From Lentisphaerae bacterium GWF2_57_35 (GTDB taxonomy: Bacteria > Verrucomicrobiota > Kiritimatiellia > CAIQIC01 > GWF2-57-35), in NCBI GenBank assembly GCA_001804865.1, contig MHBK01000051.1, forward strand, positions 75,636-139,635: a stretch of DNA of 64,000 nucleotides. The letters run 5' to 3'. The position numbers and the translations under genes were made by a program. Positions 1 through 9,045 of the stretch are shown here, one piece after another. Under the pieces are notes generated by a model that was not told the origin of the DNA, searched no databases, and saw only the letters and a program-made list of their open reading frames with translations. Positions within the stretch are counted from its first letter, which is position 1, and every line of letters begins with the position of its first letter.

Positions 1-928
1 CGAACAATATCACCAGTTCCTGACGGTTCAGAAGAACGTCAAACGCATGGAAGCCGCGGCCAAGAGCTCCAAGGCCAAACAGGATTTGCTCACGGCTGAA
101 GTCAAGAAACTGCACCAGATGGAGCAGGATCAGCACATGACCAGCGAAGAGTTCGAGGCGAAGTACAAGGAACTCAAGACCTGGCTCCGCAAAGGCCTGC
201 GCGCCAAGACCGAAATGGTCGAAGCCAACCTGCGCCTGGTCATCAGCATTGCAAAGAAATATACCAACCGCGGGCTCTCCTTCCTCGATTTGATCCAGGA
301 AGGCAACATGGGCCTCATGAAGGCCGTCGAAAAATTCGAGTACCGCCGCGGCTACAAGTTCAGCACCTACGCGACCTGGTGGATTCGACAGGCCATCACG
401 CGTTCCATCGCCGATCAGGCCCGGACCATTCGTATCCCGGTCCACATGATCGAGACGATCAACAAGTTGATGCGCGTGCAGAAGCAGCTCGTGCAGGAAT
501 TCGGCCGCGAGCCGACCCCCGAAGAAGTCGCCGAGGAAATGACCCTCCCCGTCGACCGCGTCCGCGCCGTCCTGAAAATGGCCCAACAGCCTATTTCGCT
601 GCAAAGCCCTGTCGGCGACAGCGACGACACGCACTTTGGGGACTTCATCGAAGATAAGAGCGCCGAGAATCCGTCGGAAATGACCGCCTACAGCCTGCTC
701 AAGGACCGTCTGCAAGACGTCCTGCACACGCTGACCGAACGGGAACAGGAAGTCTTGACGCTGCGCTTCGGCCTGGCGGACGGCTATTCCCGCACCCTCG
801 AGGAAGTCGGCAAGAAGTTCAATGTCACGCGCGAACGTATCCGACAAATCGAAGCCAAGGCGCTCCGCAAAATGCGCCATCCGACCCGGATTCGCAAGCT
901 CGAAGGTTTTCTTGAATTTGGCGACTGA
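1..928 (+). CDS. rpoD: RNA polymerase sigma-70 factor RpoD, 5'-truncated at the window edge. The reading frame is open from nt 2.
   Basis: Regions 1.2-4 are recognisable: '[76 protein letters not shown]' and the C-terminal '[15 protein letters not shown]...[30 protein letters not shown]'. The same frame has no stop back to the window start. Confidence 0.95.
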   Translation, partial: EQYHQFLTVQKNVKRMEAAAKSSKAKQDLLTAEVKKLHQMEQDQHMTSEEFEAKYKELKTWLRKGLRAKTEMVEANLRLVISIAKKYTNRGLSFLDLIQEGNMGLMKAVEKFEYRRGYKFSTYATWWIRQAITRSIADQARTIRIPVHMIETINKLMRVQKQLVQEFGREPTPEEVAEEMTLPVDRVRAVLKMAQQPISLQSPVGDSDDTHFGDFIEDKSAENPSEMTAYSLLKDRLQDVLHTLTEREQEVLTLRFGLADGYSRTLEEVGKKFNVTRERIRQIEAKALRKMRHPTRIRKLEGFLEFGD

Positions 929-994
929 TGCGTTGTCCATCCTCCGTCCGGCAAAGGAAGAACGCCGACTCACACATGACAACGTTCGTGTGCA

Positions 995-1024
995 GGCCGG
1001 TTCTGTGAACCGGCGGATTTTCGG
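995..1024 (+). terminator. Putative intrinsic terminator downstream of rpoD
   Basis: A 9/8-bp GC-rich stem 'ggccggttc-tgt-gaaccggc' is followed by 'ggattttcgg', about 70 nt after the rpoD stop. Confidence 0.45.
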
Positions 1025-1078
1025 TCGAAGCGGCACGGAGGATCGGTCGACGCTTAGAAATCAAGAATAAGGAGGCTC

Positions 1079-2428
1079 ATGAGCGCGAGTGCATGTCCGA
1101 TCACCCAGATCGTCAAACGGGACGGCAACCTGGTCCATTACGACCGAGACCGCATCACAACGGCCATTTTCAAAGCCGCTTCCTCCGTCGGCGGCAACGA
1201 CCGCGAAACGGCCGAGCAACTATCCTTGGAGGTCGAGAACACGCTGGTCGAAGCCTACGGCGCCCAATCGATCCCTTCCGTCGAGGAAATCCAGGACATC
1301 GTCGAAGCCACACTGATCAAGAACGGCCACGCCAAAACCGCGCGCGCGTACATCATTTACCGGCACGCCCGCGCGCAGGAACGAGCCTCACGGCAGTACA
1401 CCTTCGAAACCAACGACAACATTCCCTACAAAAAGATTTACGAAGTCCTCCGCTGGAACATGGACCACAAATGCGAAACCGTTGACGGCCTCAACAAGAT
1501 CGTCGCCGACGGACAGTTTGCCCAGTTGGTCAGGGACAGCGAGCAGCGCTACGACGAGGAAGTCGCGCTGGGCGCCACCCGCATCATGGAACGGCTTCCC
1601 GAGGTGCGCATTGCGATCATCGCCGGCCCCTCCTCCTCCAGCAAGACCACCACCACCATCAAGGTCAGCGAAAAGCTTAAATCCATCGGCATGGAATTGG
1701 TCGCCATCAACATCGACCATTACTTCTTCGATCTGGAGATGCATCCGAAGGACGAGTTCGGCGACTACGATTACGAAACGCCACAAGCCCTCGACCTGGA
1801 CCTCATCAACGAGCACCTGGTCGATTTGCTCGCCGGCAAATGCGTCAAGACCCCGCACTACGACTTCAAGACCGGCTCCCGCAAGCTCAGCGTGCACGAG
1901 TTGAGCCTCAAGCCCAATCAGATCCTGCTCATCGACAGCCTGCACGGCCTCTATGGCGACATGACCAAGAGCATCCCGGCCTCGAAAAAATTCAAGCTCT
2001 ACATCGAAACGCTCGGCCAGTTACGCAATGCCGAAGGCGCCTTCATGCGCTGGGCGGACAACCGGCTGCTCCGCCGCATGATCCGCGACAGTTGGCACCG
2101 GAATCTGCAACCGACGCAAACCCTCACGCACTGGCATTACGTCCGGCGCAGCGAACTGAAAAACATCATTCCGTTCATCGGCGCCGTCGATTATCTGGTC
2201 AACAGCGCCATGCCCTTCGAATTGCCCATCCTCAAGGCAAAACTCTTCAAGTATTTCCCCGAGGCCATGGAACGATTCAAGGACGAGCCCAAGCGCCAGG
2301 ACGCCTACCTGCGCGCCAAACGCGTTTTCGAAATGCTCAACCCCATGACCGAAGTGGCCGACGACAGCGTCGTGTCCTCCCGGTCGCTCTTGAGGGAATT
2401 TATCGGTGGAAGCGAATATCAATACTGA
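1079..2428 (+). CDS. ATP-cone domain fused to a P-loop nucleoside kinase of the uridine kinase/phosphoribulokinase family
   Basis: The N-terminal ~90 aa match the ATP-cone pattern ('VKRDG..V.YD..RI..AI..A...G......E.L...V...L........S.EEIQDIVE..L...G....A.AYI.YR'). The C-terminal half aligns by eye with E. coli Udk: P-loop 'IIAGPSSSSKTT', 'YDYETPQALDLDLINEHL', 'LLIDSLHGLY', 'LRRMIRDSWHR'. There is an AGGAGG RBS 6 nt upstream of the ATG. Confidence 0.8.
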   Translation: MSASACPITQIVKRDGNLVHYDRDRITTAIFKAASSVGGNDRETAEQLSLEVENTLVEAYGAQSIPSVEEIQDIVEATLIKNGHAKTARAYIIYRHARAQERASRQYTFETNDNIPYKKIYEVLRWNMDHKCETVDGLNKIVADGQFAQLVRDSEQRYDEEVALGATRIMERLPEVRIAIIAGPSSSSKTTTTIKVSEKLKSIGMELVAINIDHYFFDLEMHPKDEFGDYDYETPQALDLDLINEHLVDLLAGKCVKTPHYDFKTGSRKLSVHELSLKPNQILLIDSLHGLYGDMTKSIPASKKFKLYIETLGQLRNAEGAFMRWADNRLLRRMIRDSWHRNLQPTQTLTHWHYVRRSELKNIIPFIGAVDYLVNSAMPFELPILKAKLFKYFPEAMERFKDEPKRQDAYLRAKRVFEMLNPMTEVADDSVVSSRSLLREFIGGSEYQY

Positions 2429-3983
2429 GTTTCGTCCGCTGCCCGATCTGCTGGCCGCAAGCGTCGAACGTTTTGCGGCCCAGCGGGCCATCGTCTTCAA
2501 CGGCCGCACCACCGACTTTGCGGCCTTCGGCCTGATGACTGACCGCCTCGCCGCCGGCCTGGCCGCGCGCGGCGTGCAAAAAGGGGATCGCATCGGACTT
2601 TTTTGCGTCAATTCGGATGCCTTCGCCATCGCTTACTTCGGCATCGTCAAGGCCGGCGCAACCGTCGTGCCCATCAATCTGCTGCTCAACCCCAAGGAAG
2701 TCGCGTTCATCCTCAACGACGCGGGAGCGCGAGGGCTTTTCTACATCGACTTGCTCGGCATCTCTGTTCAGGCCTTTCGGTCCGCCGTCCCGGCCCTGGA
2801 ATTTGCCGTATGCATCGGCGATCAGAAAGCTGCGCCCGGCGATCTGCTTTTCAAGGACCTGCTGGCGGACTCCGGAACGCCGCCCACGCTATCCATCGAT
2901 CCGTCGGAGGATGTAGCGGCCATCTTGTACACCTCGGGCACCACCGGCCGGCCCAAGGGCGCCATGCTCACGCATCGCAACCTCGCTTCCAACGCTTGGA
3001 GCGTCAAGGAAGCCCTGTTGCTGACGCCGGGCGAGGACGTATTGATCGTTACGCTGCCCATGTTCCATGCTTTTGCCGCGACCGCCTGCATGCTGTTTCC
3101 CCTGCTCTACGGCTGCACCATGATCCCCGTTCCCCGGTTCGATCCGATCCTCGTAGCCCAGCTCATTCAAACCTATGGCGTAACGCATTTTCTCGGCGTG
3201 CCCAGCATGTTCGCCTCCTTGCTGCACATGCCGGACGAACACACGGCCAAGCTGGCCCCGCTCAAATATGCCATCTCCGGCGGAGCCGCCATGCCCGTCG
3301 AGGTGATGAACCGCTTCGAGGCCCGCTTCGGAAAATTGATTTACGAGGGCGACGGCCCCACCGAATGCTCCCCCGTCACGTGCGTGAACCCCATCGGAGG
3401 AACGCGCAAGCCCGCCTCCGTCGGACTCCCCGTACCGCTCGTCGCCATGAAAATCCTCGACGAAACCGGCCGCGAAGTTCCGCACGGCGTCATCGGCGAA
3501 ATCTGCGTGAAGGGTCCCAACGTCATGAAGGGCTACTGGAAACTGCCCGACGACACCCGCGAGGCTTTCTTCGGCGAGTGGCTCCGCACCGGCGACCTCG
3601 GCACGGAAGACGACGACGGCTACTTCTTCATCGTCGACCGCAAGAAGGACATGATCATCGTCAACGGCATGAATGTCTACCCGCGCGTCATCGAGGAAAT
3701 TCTCTACCAGCATGAAGCCATCCGCGAAGCCGCCGTGGTCGGCGAACCCGACGACCTGCACGGCGAAATTCCCGTCGCGTATGTCGCCCTGAAGCCCAAC
3801 GCCCAGACCACGGCCGCCGACGTCCGGAAATTCTGCCGCGAAAGCCTCGGCCGCCACGAAGTTCCCCGCAAAGTTTTCTTTATGCCTGCACTCCCCAAAA
3901 ACGCCGCCGGCAAAATCCTCAAACGCGAGCTCCGCAAACACGGGGAACTCGAACGCGGCATCGACAGCCGGACCGACGAATAA
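2406..3983 (+). CDS. AMP-dependent acyl-CoA synthetase (long-chain fatty-acid--CoA ligase family)
   Basis: AMP-binding signature 'LYTSGTTGRPKGAMLTHRNL', a 'GEICVKGPNVMKGYW' block, 'DLGTEDDDGYFFIVDRKKDMII' and a C-terminal 'LPKNAAGKILKREL'. The start is GTG at 2406 and overlaps the upstream gene by 23 nt; this start is uncertain. Confidence 0.85.
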   Translation: MEANINTEFRPLPDLLAASVERFAAQRAIVFNGRTTDFAAFGLMTDRLAAGLAARGVQKGDRIGLFCVNSDAFAIAYFGIVKAGATVVPINLLLNPKEVAFILNDAGARGLFYIDLLGISVQAFRSAVPALEFAVCIGDQKAAPGDLLFKDLLADSGTPPTLSIDPSEDVAAILYTSGTTGRPKGAMLTHRNLASNAWSVKEALLLTPGEDVLIVTLPMFHAFAATACMLFPLLYGCTMIPVPRFDPILVAQLIQTYGVTHFLGVPSMFASLLHMPDEHTAKLAPLKYAISGGAAMPVEVMNRFEARFGKLIYEGDGPTECSPVTCVNPIGGTRKPASVGLPVPLVAMKILDETGREVPHGVIGEICVKGPNVMKGYWKLPDDTREAFFGEWLRTGDLGTEDDDGYFFIVDRKKDMIIVNGMNVYPRVIEEILYQHEAIREAAVVGEPDDLHGEIPVAYVALKPNAQTTAADVRKFCRESLGRHEVPRKVFFMPALPKNAAGKILKRELRKHGELERGIDSRTDE

Positions 3984-4108
3984 GTTTCTCCCATTCGAGC
4001 GCCTTGGCAGGGACTCCGCCCTTGTCGCGAAGGCGCCACTTGCATTCGATTCGTATACGCTTATCTTGGAATGGCGTCGAAATTTATCGATTAACAAAGG
4101 AGCATAAC

Positions 4109-4594
4109 ATGAAAAAAGCATTCATCGTCACCGTGACCATCGCCGTGTTGTCCGCAACGGGAGCCCGTGCGCAAGGTAATCTGGGAATTGGCGTAATGGC
4201 CGGAGAGCCCACCGGAATCAGCATCAAGAATTGGTTCAACGATATTCATGCCATGGATGCCGGCATCGGCTGGTCGTTTACCGAAAACGATTCCCTTCAC
4301 CTGCACACCGATTATCTTCTGCACAATTACTCGATCCTGCCCCTGAGACAAGGGGGCGACAAGATGCCCGTATATGCCGGCGTCGGCCTGCGCTTCAAAG
4401 CAAAAAATACTCATGGCAGCGGAGAGAACGAAGACGACCATATTTGGGGCGTACGCGTTCCCTTCGGCATCTCCTATTTGTTTGCCAACAGCCCGCTCGA
4501 TCTTTTCGCGGAGATTGCTCCGGTGTTCGATTTTACGCCTGATGACGAATTCTCCATCAACGGAGCCGTCGGCGCCCGGTACTATTTCAGATAA
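4109..4594 (+). CDS. Small secreted protein with outer-membrane beta-barrel-like features (OmpW/OmpA-like fold family)
   Basis: An internal Met is preceded by AAGGAG. Signal peptide 'MKKAFIVTVTIAVLSATGARAQ'. Alternating hydrophobic beta-strand-like segments. The aromatic C-terminus is 'GARYYFR'. Confidence 0.55.
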   Translation: MKKAFIVTVTIAVLSATGARAQGNLGIGVMAGEPTGISIKNWFNDIHAMDAGIGWSFTENDSLHLHTDYLLHNYSILPLRQGGDKMPVYAGVGLRFKAKNTHGSGENEDDHIWGVRVPFGISYLFANSPLDLFAEIAPVFDFTPDDEFSINGAVGARYYFR

Positions 4595-4643
4595 ACGCCT
4601 GCTCGGAAAAACTTACCCATAAAGACAGACTCGTTCTCTAACA

Positions 4644-4673
4644 CGCATTTCTCACCGCCCGGTGAGAAATGCG
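4644..4673 (+). terminator. A 13-bp perfect hairpin downstream of the small OMP-like gene. It may be a terminator or regulatory stem-loop; there is no clear U-tract.
   Basis: 'cgcatttctcacc-gccc-ggtgagaaatgcg' lies 50 nt after the stop codon. Confidence 0.35.
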
Positions 4674-4785
4674 CCCAGATGAAACCGGGTCGCAAACGGG
4701 GTAGCCGCGTTCGCGGTGTCGCAAGACGCCGCGTCACGTCTAAAAGCCCGCAAAGCGAGGCGCTAAAAAAAAATTAAACTTTGCC

Positions 4786-5472
4786 TTGCAGAGTTCTCTG
4801 CTTATGGGTATCTCTTATCTGCAAGGAGCACGATCAATGATCGCCAGTCACATACACGATGCGTTGTCGCAGGTGCGCCGGTTGCAGGAACTGATCCTGA
4901 ACAAGCGGCAGTTCATGGGCTATTCGGGCAAAGCCCGCATCGCTTCCGGCGTTCTCGCGCTGGCCGGCGCGGGAGCGCTTTCCCGGGGAATCGTCCCGGC
5001 TACGCCCGAAGCGCACCTCATCGCTTGGGGGATCATCCTGGCCGGCGCCGTCGTTTTGAACTACTCCTGTCTCGCCTACTGGTTTTTCTTCGACGATCAC
5101 GTGCGGCGGAACCCCATTATGCTCAAACCGGCCCTGGATGCCATTCCCGCCCTGGCCGTGGGAGCGGCCCTGACCGTCGCCCTCGTCCTGGCCCGCCAAT
5201 TCGACCTGCTGTTCGGCGTCTGGATGTGCCTTTATGGTTTGGCGCAAGCGGCCTACCGTCAATCGCTGCCCGGCGGAATCTACCTGGTCGGCCTCTGCTA
5301 CATCTTGTGCGGAGCCGCCTATCTCGTTTTTTCAGGCGTTTCCTTCCTGAACCCCTGGCCGATGGGCTTGATGTTTTTCCTCGGGGAACTGGCGGGCGGC
5401 TGGACGCTCATTCATCAGGAATACACCCAGCAACAGCTTCTACAGAAAGAGCAGGCAGATCATGCGGAATAA
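4786..5472 (+). CDS. Hypothetical polytopic membrane protein
   Basis: 228-aa ORF with five or more hydrophobic segments (e.g. 'IASGVLALAGAGAL', 'IAWGIILAGAVVLNY', 'IPALAVGAALTVALVLA', 'LVGLCYILCGAAYLVF'). The stop overlaps the start of the next gene (ATGCGGAATAA). An alternative start is at 4837. Confidence 0.6.
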   Translation: MQSSLLMGISYLQGARSMIASHIHDALSQVRRLQELILNKRQFMGYSGKARIASGVLALAGAGALSRGIVPATPEAHLIAWGIILAGAVVLNYSCLAYWFFFDDHVRRNPIMLKPALDAIPALAVGAALTVALVLARQFDLLFGVWMCLYGLAQAAYRQSLPGGIYLVGLCYILCGAAYLVFSGVSFLNPWPMGLMFFLGELAGGWTLIHQEYTQQQLLQKEQADHAE

Positions 5473-5836
5473 AGAAAATCTTTACGAAGCCCTTGAACGA
5501 TTGTTTCACGAACCCAACCGCCTGGCCATCATGTCGGCCTTGTGCGCCGCCGACCAGGGCCTGACCTTCAACGAACTGAAAGAAGAATGCCATCTGACCG
5601 ATGGAAATCTGAACCGGCATCTGAAAGTATTGGAAGAGGCTCATGCGGTTCATATAGACAAGGCCTTTGTAGATTTAAAACCCCGCACCACAGTCCGTCT
5701 TTCCGCACAAGGCTTGAGGGAATTCGGCGAATACCTTGACGCCCTGGCCGAAGTCTTAAAAAAAGCAAAAAACGCCGTTCCGTCGGCCGAAAAACGAAAA
5801 ATCGCCGTTCTGACCGGTAAAACAGTCCGCATCTAA
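5462..5836 (+). CDS. Winged-helix transcriptional regulator (ArsR/PadR-like HTH)
   Basis: 'LYEALERLFHEPNRLAIMSALCAADQGLTFNELKEECHLTDGNLNRHLKVLEEAHAVHIDKAF' matches the helix-turn-helix plus wing pattern. It is translationally coupled to the upstream membrane protein. Confidence 0.6.
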   Translation: MRNKENLYEALERLFHEPNRLAIMSALCAADQGLTFNELKEECHLTDGNLNRHLKVLEEAHAVHIDKAFVDLKPRTTVRLSAQGLREFGEYLDALAEVLKKAKNAVPSAEKRKIAVLTGKTVRI

Positions 5837-5950
5837 CGGAGATCAACATGAAGCACAAATCCATGGACATTGCCTGGCATCGCACTTTGCTAAGCAGAGC
5901 TCTTTGTCGTTATTTATCCCAGGCGACCCCTCGCAAAAAGGGAGGAAAAG

Positions 5951-6367
5951 ATGAACGCAAACGAGTTCGATGAAGACGCCGCTTCGGCGAGGCGATGCTT
6001 TCAAGAAGGCAGCACATTTGAGATCTTCGGAAGAATTCGAAGCTTCCGCTATGCCTTCCACGGCCTGCTCATCCTGCTTCAAACGCAGCATAACGCCCTC
6101 GCAACCGTGGTGGCAGCCATTGCCGGATGGCACTGGGGCATTTCGAAGACGGACTGGAGCTGGTTAATCTTAACGATCGGCTCGGTTTGGGCAGCCGAAG
6201 CGATGAACACAGCTCTTGAACTTCTTGCCGATGCCGTCCATCCGGCCTTCCATCCTCTGGTGGGGAAAGCAAAGGACGTGGCCGCCGGCGCGGTATTAAT
6301 AACCGCCATGGGATCTCTGATTATTGGACTGACGATCTTTGGCCCTCATTTGATATACAATAAATAG
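5951..6367 (+). CDS. dgkA: Diacylglycerol kinase / undecaprenol kinase family (DgkA)
   Basis: Prokaryotic DAGK motifs: 'SFRYAFHGL', 'QHNALATVVAAIAGWHWGIS', 'ILTIGSVWAAEAMNTALELLADAVHP', 'KDVAAGAVLITAMGSLIIGLTIF'. A GGGAGG RBS lies upstream. Confidence 0.85.
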   Translation: MNANEFDEDAASARRCFQEGSTFEIFGRIRSFRYAFHGLLILLQTQHNALATVVAAIAGWHWGISKTDWSWLILTIGSVWAAEAMNTALELLADAVHPAFHPLVGKAKDVAAGAVLITAMGSLIIGLTIFGPHLIYNK

Positions 6368-6395
6368 CCGGTTTAAACTTTGCCGGGAAAGAGAA

Positions 6396-7523
6396 ATGCT
6401 CATGAAAAACAAACATCAGAAAATACAGAGAATAGACGCGATTCCTTTCTTTCTCTTTCTCGTTCTACCCCTACTGGGAATCCTCATAGCAGGAAAACCC
6501 CTCAGCCAATATCTGGAATTCCCGCCCCTGACTCAGCATGTCGCTCATGCGGGGTTTTCCTGGGGCGTGTTTGCCTTTTTCTGCGCCTTCGATTTGTTGT
6601 TTGCGGGCCCTGTTGCTTTTCATCTTTGGCGATGCCGGTTTCAGCGGCCGCCGGAGAGCTTCCACCGCTTTCCTTGGTGGGGCTGGTTGGGCGTAGCGAT
6701 TACATTTGGGTCATGGGTGCTGGCCTGGACCCGGTTCGAATTTTTCGAACCGCTTCAAGCCTTCACGTTCAGCCCGCTGTGGTTCGGCTACATCCTATGC
6801 GTTAATGCCTTGGCGTATCGCCGAACAGGGTCCTGCATGCTGACTCACCAGCGGTTCTATTTCATCCTGCTATTTCTTGTCAGCGCCGCCTTCTGGTGGT
6901 TCTTCGAATATCTCAATCGTTTCGTACAAAACTGGTATTACGTGGGGGCCGACGACTTATCGCCCTTTAAGTATTTCGTCTTTGCTACGCTCCCGTTCTC
7001 CACGGTTCTGCCGGCCGTGCTCGGAACGTACGACCTGCTGAACTCTGCGATGGCGCCACCGCCGGCAACCCGATTCTATGGGTATCTTCCCGTCAAATCT
7101 CCCCCGATTCTTCCGTGGACGATTTTGCTGTCTGCTTGCCTGGGTCTAGCGGGCATTGGGATCTGGCCGGACTTGCTGTTTCCCTTGCTCTGGCTATCGC
7201 CCTTGCTGATCCTTGGCGCCTGGCAGGCGATCCGGCGGGAGGAAACCATTCTGTTCAACATCACGCCGGAGAAATGGCATCGGATTTGCCTGCTTGCGGT
7301 CGCCGCGTTGATTTGCGGTTTTTTCTGGGAGCTGTGGAATTTTCACAGTTATGCCAAGTGGATCTATACGGTTCCGTTTGTGAATCGATTCCACCTATTC
7401 GAGATGCCGTTGCTGGGTTATGCCGGGTATCTTCCTTTCGGCATCGAGTGCGCGCTCATCGGCGACCTGATCAAAACGTTTGCCGAAAAACGAAAAACAA
7501 GCGAAGGAATTGCTCATGGCTAA
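6396..7523 (+). CDS. Hypothetical aromatic-rich polytopic membrane protein
   Basis: 375 aa with at least eight hydrophobic segments that are very rich in W, F and Y. I recognised no family motif. The stop overlaps the next gene's start. Confidence 0.6.
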   Translation: MLMKNKHQKIQRIDAIPFFLFLVLPLLGILIAGKPLSQYLEFPPLTQHVAHAGFSWGVFAFFCAFDLLFAGPVAFHLWRCRFQRPPESFHRFPWWGWLGVAITFGSWVLAWTRFEFFEPLQAFTFSPLWFGYILCVNALAYRRTGSCMLTHQRFYFILLFLVSAAFWWFFEYLNRFVQNWYYVGADDLSPFKYFVFATLPFSTVLPAVLGTYDLLNSAMAPPPATRFYGYLPVKSPPILPWTILLSACLGLAGIGIWPDLLFPLLWLSPLLILGAWQAIRREETILFNITPEKWHRICLLAVAALICGFFWELWNFHSYAKWIYTVPFVNRFHLFEMPLLGYAGYLPFGIECALIGDLIKTFAEKRKTSEGIAHG

Positions 7524-8709
7524 AACCATCAGAAGAGTGCTTGTCGGCTTGGGTTCGCTCCTGATCGCCGCGGCCTGCTGGCTTCCCCTGTCGCATTTTT
7601 TCTTCCAACCGCGAATGACCGATTACGTCGCCGCCCACGGCATCCCGGCCAAAGCACGGCAGCTCGCGGCCCGGCAACTGGAGATCTGGTCCGATCCCGG
7701 GTTGAAGGCGCAAGAGTTGGCCCGGATGCGATCCAGCAATGCCGAATGGGATTTCATGTCTCGCACCTTTTTCGTGCTCGCGCTGGCCAACATGGGCTTC
7801 CGCGACCCCGCTGCGAAGTCGCGCTATCTGGCCATTATCGACACGATTCTGGACGAGACGTTAAAGCTCGAAAAAGAAAAAGGCCTTTATCATTTCTTGA
7901 TGGACTATGCGAAGAGCGGTTCGTTTAAATCCAGCGCGAAGCGGAGCCTGTTTCAGGATGGCGAAATTGCCCTGATGCTCGGCATGCGGCGTCTGCTCGA
8001 GGAAAAGGAAGCCTACAAACCCCTGCTCCACGAGCGCGTCGAACAGATGCTTTCCTGCATGAGGGAAAGTCCCGTGCTCTGCGGCGAGAGCTATCCGGAC
8101 GAAGGCTGGATGTTTTGCAACAGCGTCGCCCTGGCCGCCATCCGAATCGCCGACCTCCTCGATCACGAGGATCACTCGGAGTTTTTTGCGCAATGGATTT
8201 CGACCGCACAAAAGCGGCTGACCGATCCCAAAACCGGGCTGTTGATTTCCAGTTTTCTTTTCGACGGCACGCATGGCGACGGACCGGAAGGGTCCTCCAT
8301 TTGGATGACCGCCCATTGCCTTCAGTTGATCGATCCCGCCTTTGCCGAAGACCAATACCGACGCGCCAAAAAAGAACTCGCGGGCCGTTTCCTTGGCTTC
8401 GGCTATGCCCGCGAATGGCCCAAGTCCTGGCCGGGACAGATGGACGTGGATTCGGGGCCGGTCATTCCGCTGTTCGAGATCAGCGCCGGATCGAGCGGGC
8501 TGGCATTTGTCGCGGCCGGCGCCTTCGGAGATCGCGAGTATCTGAAATCGCTGCTCACGTCGCTGAATTTCGGCGGGTTTCCCATTCTCCAGAAAAACCG
8601 GTTGCGCTACGCCGCCAGCAATCCCGTAGGCGATGCCGTCCTGCTCTATGCCCTGGTCTTGGGTCCGGCCTGGGATGAAATAAACAAGAGAATGGAGGAC
8701 CGGAAATGA
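7516..8709 (+). CDS. Hypothetical protein with an N-terminal membrane anchor
   Basis: The start is ATGGCTAA, overlapping the upstream stop. N-terminal anchor 'IRRVLVGLGSLLIAAACWLPL'. The rest appears soluble and possibly alpha-helical. No family was recognised. Confidence 0.55.
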   Translation: MAKTIRRVLVGLGSLLIAAACWLPLSHFFFQPRMTDYVAAHGIPAKARQLAARQLEIWSDPGLKAQELARMRSSNAEWDFMSRTFFVLALANMGFRDPAAKSRYLAIIDTILDETLKLEKEKGLYHFLMDYAKSGSFKSSAKRSLFQDGEIALMLGMRRLLEEKEAYKPLLHERVEQMLSCMRESPVLCGESYPDEGWMFCNSVALAAIRIADLLDHEDHSEFFAQWISTAQKRLTDPKTGLLISSFLFDGTHGDGPEGSSIWMTAHCLQLIDPAFAEDQYRRAKKELAGRFLGFGYAREWPKSWPGQMDVDSGPVIPLFEISAGSSGLAFVAAGAFGDREYLKSLLTSLNFGGFPILQKNRLRYAASNPVGDAVLLYALVLGPAWDEINKRMEDRK

Positions 8710-9020
8710 GACTCCCCTTTTTCTTCCGCCGACAACCGCTGCTTTCGCCCACGGATTTATTGGCCCGCGCCTTCGTCGTCTCGCTGGCCTTCGGCGTTGT
8801 TCATCTGTTGGGCTGGCGGGAGTACACCAGTTTTCTCAGCGGCACGCTGGCCTCGAACAGCATGCCCTCGTTCTACGCGTTGTTCATGGGCCTGACCTAC
8901 ATCGTGCTCTTCCTGGCCTTCACCCTGCTCGCACCCGCCCTCTTCTTTGCTGCATTGCTGGCTCGGGGTCTTAACCTGCTTTTCAGCCAAAGTCGGAAAC
9001 ACAAAGGAGGGGCCTCATGA
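8706..9020 (+). CDS. Small hypothetical membrane protein
   Basis: There is a 4-nt ATGA overlap with the upstream gene. Three hydrophobic segments. It is the third gene of a translationally coupled trio. Confidence 0.45.
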   Translation: MRLPFFFRRQPLLSPTDLLARAFVVSLAFGVVHLLGWREYTSFLSGTLASNSMPSFYALFMGLTYIVLFLAFTLLAPALFFAALLARGLNLLFSQSRKHKGGAS

Positions 9021-9045
9021 CTACTCGTCGCATAGGAATAGCCTC

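Noticed and set aside
2889-4121. 410-aa ORF on the minus strand, antisense to the acyl-CoA ligase gene
   Set aside because: It is Ala/Gly/Arg/Val-rich low-complexity sequence, typical of shadow ORFs in GC-rich DNA. The plus-strand gene has clear AMP-binding motifs.
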